This document shows positions 59,430 through 64,000 of a stretch of 64,000 nt of DNA, piece by piece. The notes beneath the pieces are model-generated. The model was not told where the DNA came from, ran no database searches, and saw nothing but the letters and a program-made list of their open reading frames with translations. The translations under genes were made by a program, and so were the position numbers. The number at the start of each line of letters is the position of its first letter. The first letter of the stretch is position 1. The stretch is from Patescibacteria group bacterium (lineage in GTDB: Bacteria > Patescibacteriota > Patescibacteriia > Veblenbacterales > UBA10138): positions 75,147-139,146 of the forward strand of contig JAHITT010000006.1 in the NCBI GenBank assembly GCA_018817715.1, read 5' to 3'.

Positions 59430-61149
59430 AGTAATTTATATTCTCTCAAAATTGCTGCCGGTATCTTTTTTACCATAACGCGATCGTCCAACGAATCTGG
59501 CGGCACGGAAACGGCGACATTGGTAAAAATTGTTAGGTGTTTGAATTTTTCTCTTTCCAATTCGGCAATAATTTTTTCATATAGATCAGCCGTTAGTGTT
59601 TTTACTTCTCTTGAAGCAAAAGAAATGGCGAAATGATAGCGTGCAGATTGGTGCTTGCCGAGATACATACCTTCCTTCTCCACCCACTTCGTCTCTATCG
59701 GTCTGTATTGGAAATGTAAAAATACTGCTTCGGCCATTTCTGCTGCTTTCAGCGACCAATTCATATCTTGTTCATGTATCACGCTCTCGCCTAGTTGGTA
59801 GTATTTGAACCCTCCGCCACCTTTCCAGTTCACATCCTTGCTTATCCCTGTTTGATCTTTCCCAGAGATGATTTTTTGTAGGCGTGGCATGATGAGTTCG
59901 TCAGCGTGACGTCCCATTTCTACCATAATCCAACGACGTTCCATTTTGTGCGCCACGGCTCCCGTGGTCCCAGAACCAGCAAAAGAGTCAAAAACCAAAT
60001 CATTTTTTCAGTCGAGATTGAGATAATACGCTGTATAAGTTTTTCAGGTTTTTTTGATTTGGGAAAGTCAACCCCTCCTTCGCCCGCAATTCCTTCCCAA
60101 GAAATATCGTCCCAAATATCTGTTATCGCCTCTACTGGCAATAGATTTCCATCCACTTCCTGTAATCTTTCTCTATAAAATAGGACTCTCTCGCCCCCAA
60201 TGAATAAATAGTCCATATCATCATTTGGATGTCTAACAATTTTATTCTTGAGTTTGCGCGACTTTTCAAGAGTCTTAATCCTCTTGAGACGAGCTCCACC
60301 AGTAACCGACGCCGTACGAAAGACTCTCTCGGCATTTTTAATTGCAAAAACTCCTCTTTCAGCATTAAATTCATCCTCTCTTAATTCTTTTTTTGCGTCC
60401 CTTGCATTTGAAAATCCAAGCTCTAGCGCCACAACTTCATCAATATTCTTCCATGACCATTTATCTTCTGGTTTTTTTATATCGTCAAAAACCCAACGAT
60501 ATGCTTGATCATATCCCTTTTCAATAAATGTCTTTTTGAATTTCAGTTGAGCAGAGTCTTTTGCGAAAATCAAAAGGTTATTTGCTGATTTGAAAAGCTG
60601 ATTTGAAGTGTGCTTAAAACCAAAAGGACTATTTGCTTTTATAGTCACAGTATTTAGATAATTCTGTCTGCCAAATGTCTCATCAAGCAAAACACGGCAA
60701 TACGCGACTTCTTTATCATCCAAATGTACGAAAAGAATCCCGTCCTTTCTCAAGAGTTTGCGTAGCAGAAACAACCTGTCGCGCATCATTGTTAGCCATT
60801 CAGAATGTTCAAGATTGTCGTCATAGTGTTTGAAGGCGTTCCCTGTATTAAATGGAGGGTCAATATAAATACATTTCACTTTTTCCTTATCCGGTCGGCC
60901 CTTAAACATCTCAACCAAACTTCGCAAAACTAACAAGTTATCGCCCTTGATAAGCATGTTATCGCCTGTCTTGTCGCCAAAGTCTTTGGCAAAGCGTAAA
61001 ATGCGCGGTTCGGCAACGCGAATATCATTTTTCGGCACCCAAACCGGCCGGACACCCTTGCCCTCCTTTTCGTCAATTTCGTAGTAAAGCGAAAGGTCTT
61101 TGTTTATCCAATCCAGCCGTAACGAGCCCTTGTAACTTCTTTTTTGCAT
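59426..61149 (-). pseudogene. mod: Type III Mod beta-class N6-adenine methyltransferase, split by frameshift at an A6 tract (phase-variable or pseudogene)
   Basis: The N-terminal ORF has IYIDPPFNTG (motif IV). The C-terminal ORF has FDSFAGSGTTG (motif I) but begins at TTG. Reading minus-strand GAAAAAATG, one extra A gives continuous ...STEKNDLVFDSF.... Confidence 0.8.
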
Positions 61150-61156
61150 AATTACT

Positions 61157-61284
61157 TTATTAAATCATCTAAGGTAACACTAAGAGCCTTAGCGATTTTC
61201 CGCCAGAGGAGGACAGATTTTAACTATCTCAATAGTCGGATTAGGGGTGGCGCCGGCTTTGATTTTGGCCATAGTTAGCATATT
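61157..61284 (-). pseudogene. remnant XRE-type HTH (controller-like) gene disrupted by a 22-nt insertion
   Basis: Frame A reads MNMLTMAKIKAGATPNPTIEIVKI.... Frame B ends ...IAKALSVTLDDLIK*. Removing TGTCCTCCTCTGGCGGAAAATC, flanked by an AAAATC direct repeat, fuses them. Confidence 0.35.
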
Positions 61285-61349
61285 CATATAGCTTTACTAT
61301 ACCAAAAATTACCAAACAAGATAACTAAGCTAAAATCAGCCAAAACCAG

Positions 61350-61389
61350 CCTGTGGATAACATAGGCTAATTCGTACGAATTAGCCTAT
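61350..61389 (+). repeat. 40-bp repeat copy C with 28-bp dif-like palindrome (right boundary of R-M island)
   Basis: Identical 40-mer to copy B. About 235 bp from tRNA-Gln. Confidence 0.7.
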
Positions 61390-61623
61390 GAGGAAAATTT
61401 AGGCCAAAATTCAAAAAATTATAAAATCCTATCAGATTGCTTCCTCCTTCGCTATCCTCCTTTATTAAAATTTCGGCAGGACTAGAAGCTACGGCGGACA
61501 AGTCGTCGCCGTGCTCCTCGCAATGACAAAGGAAATATCATCGCGCCCTTCGAATCCATTAACTTATCCCAAACAAAAAAACAGACTAATGTCTGTCATC
61601 TTATAAACCATTTATGTACAAAG

Positions 61624-61694
61624 CTGGGAGACATGGATTCGAACCATGATTACCAGGGCCAGAACCTGGCGTCCTACCATTAGACGATCTCCCA
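61624..61694 (-). tRNA. tRNA-Gln (anticodon CTG)
   Basis: Hand-folded on the minus strand. Acceptor TGGGAGA/TCTCCCA with a U1-A72 pair typical of bacterial tRNA-Gln. Anticodon stem CCAGG/CCTGG with loop TTCTGGC. T arm CATGG-TTCGAAT-CCATG. CCA is not encoded. Confidence 0.8.
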
Positions 61695-61765
61695 GCTTTA
61701 AACACAAATACCAAAAAAGCCAACGACCAATATTGTAATGTTTAACAATATAAAAATCAAGACTC

Positions 61766-63367
61766 TTAGACTAACTCACCGCCAAAAGTGCTTAAAACAT
61801 TACTAAGCAAATCCCCGCTTTTTCCCTTAGTAACTTCTTCCATTTCAGTCTTAACCAAAATAGTTCCGCCGATAACCTGGCTTAAAACATCTTCTACCTG
61901 CTGTCTTATTTTTTTATCTCGCACTCTTTCCTGATGCAATTTATATTGAAAACTAATAGTTAATTCATTACCAACCAATTTAAACGGTTTGGCAATACTA
62001 AGAATAAAAGATAATGAATGATTAAGGTCCCGTAATTTATTTATTACCTCGGCCCAGTCTTGGTTTATTTTTTCCAAGGTTAATTCAGCTGAAAGTGTTT
62101 TGGCCCCTAATTTAGGCTGTTGTGGCTCGGCTGGTTCCACTACTGGCGCCAGAATAGGTTTAACCGCTTCTAGAGGCTGGTTAGTCTTAGCCGCTGGCGG
62201 ATTAATCTTGCTAGATGGCTTGGTAATACTTTCTTCGTTCTGGCAAATATTTATAACTGCCAATTCCAAAGGAATTTGAAAAGACTGCGATTGTTTTCTT
62301 AAATTATCCACTTCCAGCCAAATAACCATCATCCTTTGCAAAGCATTTTGGCTTATCTTTAAAGCCCACTGAGCCAGTTCTTTTTCTTGCTCCTCTTTTA
62401 GTTGCAAGGAAGAATAATCTGTTAAATTGCCACCTAATTTATAAAGAAGTAATTTACGCAATAATTCCAAAACCTGGCTATAAAAATAACCTAAATCTCC
62501 GCCAGCTAATAAAAAATCATTTAATTCAGCAATAGCCTGAGCTGACGAATTATTGACTAAATGACCAATAAAGCCCAAAGCAATAGCCGCGTCGGCCCTG
62601 GGTAAAACCAAACCGGCTTGAGCATAAGTAATAGTGGCTTCGTTTAAGCTTAACAGTTTACCTAAATAACTTTCGGCATCCCGCGTAGAACCATTGGCTA
62701 AATGAGCCACTTCGCGCAAAACATCCTCGGCTATATCCACCTTTTCGGCAGCGGCTAATTTTTTTAAACGAATCATCAGGTTAGCCACGGCTAAACGATG
62801 AAAATCAAACCTTTGGCAACGGGATAAAATTGTTTCGGGTAATTTATGCGGCTCGGTGGTGGCCAAAATAAAAATAACGTGGGCTGGCGGTTCTTCCAAA
62901 GTTTTTAACAAAGCATTAAAAGCTTCGTTAGTTAACATATGCACCTCGTCAATTATAACCACTTTATATTTAGACCGGGCCGGACCATAAGGCACCTTAT
63001 CTCTAACTTCCCGAATGTCGTCTATACGCCTGTTAGAAGCCGCGTCAATCTCGATTAAATCCAAAGAACGCCCCTTATTTATTTCCAAACAAGACTGACA
63101 CTTATTGCAGGGCTCGGCCAGATTATTTTTTCTGGTTTCACAATTAATCGATTTAGCTAAAAGTCTGGCCATAGTGGTTTTGCCAACTCCCCTGGTACCA
63201 CAAAATAAATAAGCATGGGTTAGCTTATTATTAATAATTTCCTGTTCAATAATAGTTTTTACATGATCCTGCCCAATAACTTCGGCAAAGGTGCTGGGAC
63301 GATATTTACGGTAAATTGTTTCAGTCATAGCAAAACTTATTGTAACGCGTAACTGCCGCTTAAGCAA
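61766..63367 (-). CDS. dnaX: DNA polymerase III subunit gamma/tau
   Basis: AAA+ Walker A GTRGVGKTT, zinc module CETRKNNLAEPCNKCQSC, and DEVHML Walker B. Confidence 0.9.
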   Translation of the reverse strand: MLKRQLRVTISFAMTETIYRKYRPSTFAEVIGQDHVKTIIEQEIINNKLTHAYLFCGTRGVGKTTMARLLAKSINCETRKNNLAEPCNKCQSCLEINKGRSLDLIEIDAASNRRIDDIREVRDKVPYGPARSKYKVVIIDEVHMLTNEAFNALLKTLEEPPAHVIFILATTEPHKLPETILSRCQRFDFHRLAVANLMIRLKKLAAAEKVDIAEDVLREVAHLANGSTRDAESYLGKLLSLNEATITYAQAGLVLPRADAAIALGFIGHLVNNSSAQAIAELNDFLLAGGDLGYFYSQVLELLRKLLLYKLGGNLTDYSSLQLKEEQEKELAQWALKISQNALQRMMVIWLEVDNLRKQSQSFQIPLELAVINICQNEESITKPSSKINPPAAKTNQPLEAVKPILAPVVEPAEPQQPKLGAKTLSAELTLEKINQDWAEVINKLRDLNHSLSFILSIAKPFKLVGNELTISFQYKLHQERVRDKKIRQQVEDVLSQVIGGTILVKTEMEEVTKGKSGDLLSNVLSTFGGELV

Positions 63368-63452
63368 ACAATTAAAAAATTACCAAATAAAACACCCGCC
63401 TTTGTTTAAGTTTAACCAAGACGGGCGCTTAATTTACTAAAATAAGATAGGA

Positions 63453-63953
63453 TTAAATCTCTATTTTTTCCGCTTTCAGCTCGCCAACTTTAACCTTTAA
63501 ACCGTTTTTAACCGCTGTTTTAGTGGTTTTTTTAAGCGGGGCTTTAGAAGTTGTTTCTAAGGTGTCTGTTGAACTATTTTCCAAAATTGGCGCTTCTTGG
63601 CCAGCTTTAATAACATTTTCCACAGCCGCCCAAGTGGAAGTAGTATTCTTGGGCACCAGAATAACAATCTCATCGCCCAATTCACCTTTAAAATAAGTAA
63701 CACTGGCCAACAATAATTTATAATAACGACCCTGGCACAAAACTCTAAAATCTTCACTCTCTTCGTCTTTTACCAAAACACCCATTAATCTATCCCGATC
63801 CACCGGACCAATTTGTTTATAAATAAAAGAACCATTAGCGCTAATGGTTAACTTAAGCAAATCACCTTCAACTAATTTAGATTTAGAAGCATAGTTGGCT
63901 GGCACACTGTACATTTTTCCATCCGGACCGACCATATTTTGCCCGTCAAACAC
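63453..63953 (-). CDS. hypothetical protein
   Basis: 166 aa with no motif recognised. Confidence 0.3.
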   Translation of the reverse strand: MFDGQNMVGPDGKMYSVPANYASKSKLVEGDLLKLTISANGSFIYKQIGPVDRDRLMGVLVKDEESEDFRVLCQGRYYKLLLASVTYFKGELGDEIVILVPKNTTSTWAAVENVIKAGQEAPILENSSTDTLETTSKAPLKKTTKTAVKNGLKVKVGELKAEKIEI

Positions 63954-64000
63954 GCCTTCAATTATAACCGCACCCTGCTCGGTTCTTTGAATTCCGCCAC

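Noticed and set aside
61390-61620. GC-rich segment with hairpin CGGCG-GACAAGTCGT-CGCCG between repeat C and tRNA-Gln, considered as tmRNA or RNase P.
   Set aside because: It is too short and lacks the conserved P4 or tRNA-like terminal motifs. It may be part of the tRNA leader or trailer.

Overview
The window is AT-rich (roughly 35% GC judged by eye) and gene-dense, with short genes and a minimal housekeeping repertoire. I infer a CPR/Patescibacteria-like bacterium using the standard genetic code, because the conserved genes are intact without UGA recoding. The core content includes mreB-mreC-mreD-mrdA, the ddl/alr/ftsQ cluster, gltX, serS, lysS, proS, greA, fmt/def, priA and dnaX. Also present are tRNA-Asn(GTT), tRNA-Gln(CTG), a DsbA / thioredoxin-CcdA disulfide module, and a GT2 synthase next to CapA. 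Nudix hydrolases are unusually numerous (4) and HAD hydrolases also (4). The most notable region is a compositionally distinct Type III restriction-modification island of about 5.6 kb at 55747-61389. It carries an IMPase-family gene, res, a mod gene split at an A6 homopolymer, and an HTH-gene remnant. It lies next to tRNA-Gln and is bracketed by two identical 40-bp direct repeats. Each repeat contains a perfect 28-bp palindrome with dif-like 11-6-11 architecture (ATAGGCTAATT-CGTACG-AATTAGCCTAT). A third copy in the opposite orientation, with compensatory substitutions that keep the palindrome, sits at 9020-9059 beside tRNA-Asn and a GIY-YIG gene. The only tyrosine recombinase in the window is a Xer-like gene at 30544-31527. 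I therefore propose a Xer-exploiting mobile R-M module (IMEX or dif-module-like). Other points of interest are a standalone Cas4-like Fe-S PD-(D/E)XK nuclease with no CRISPR array, a tandem MazG-like Cys-cluster protein, and several structured intergenic elements. All calls rest on motif recognition by eye; no database searches were possible.
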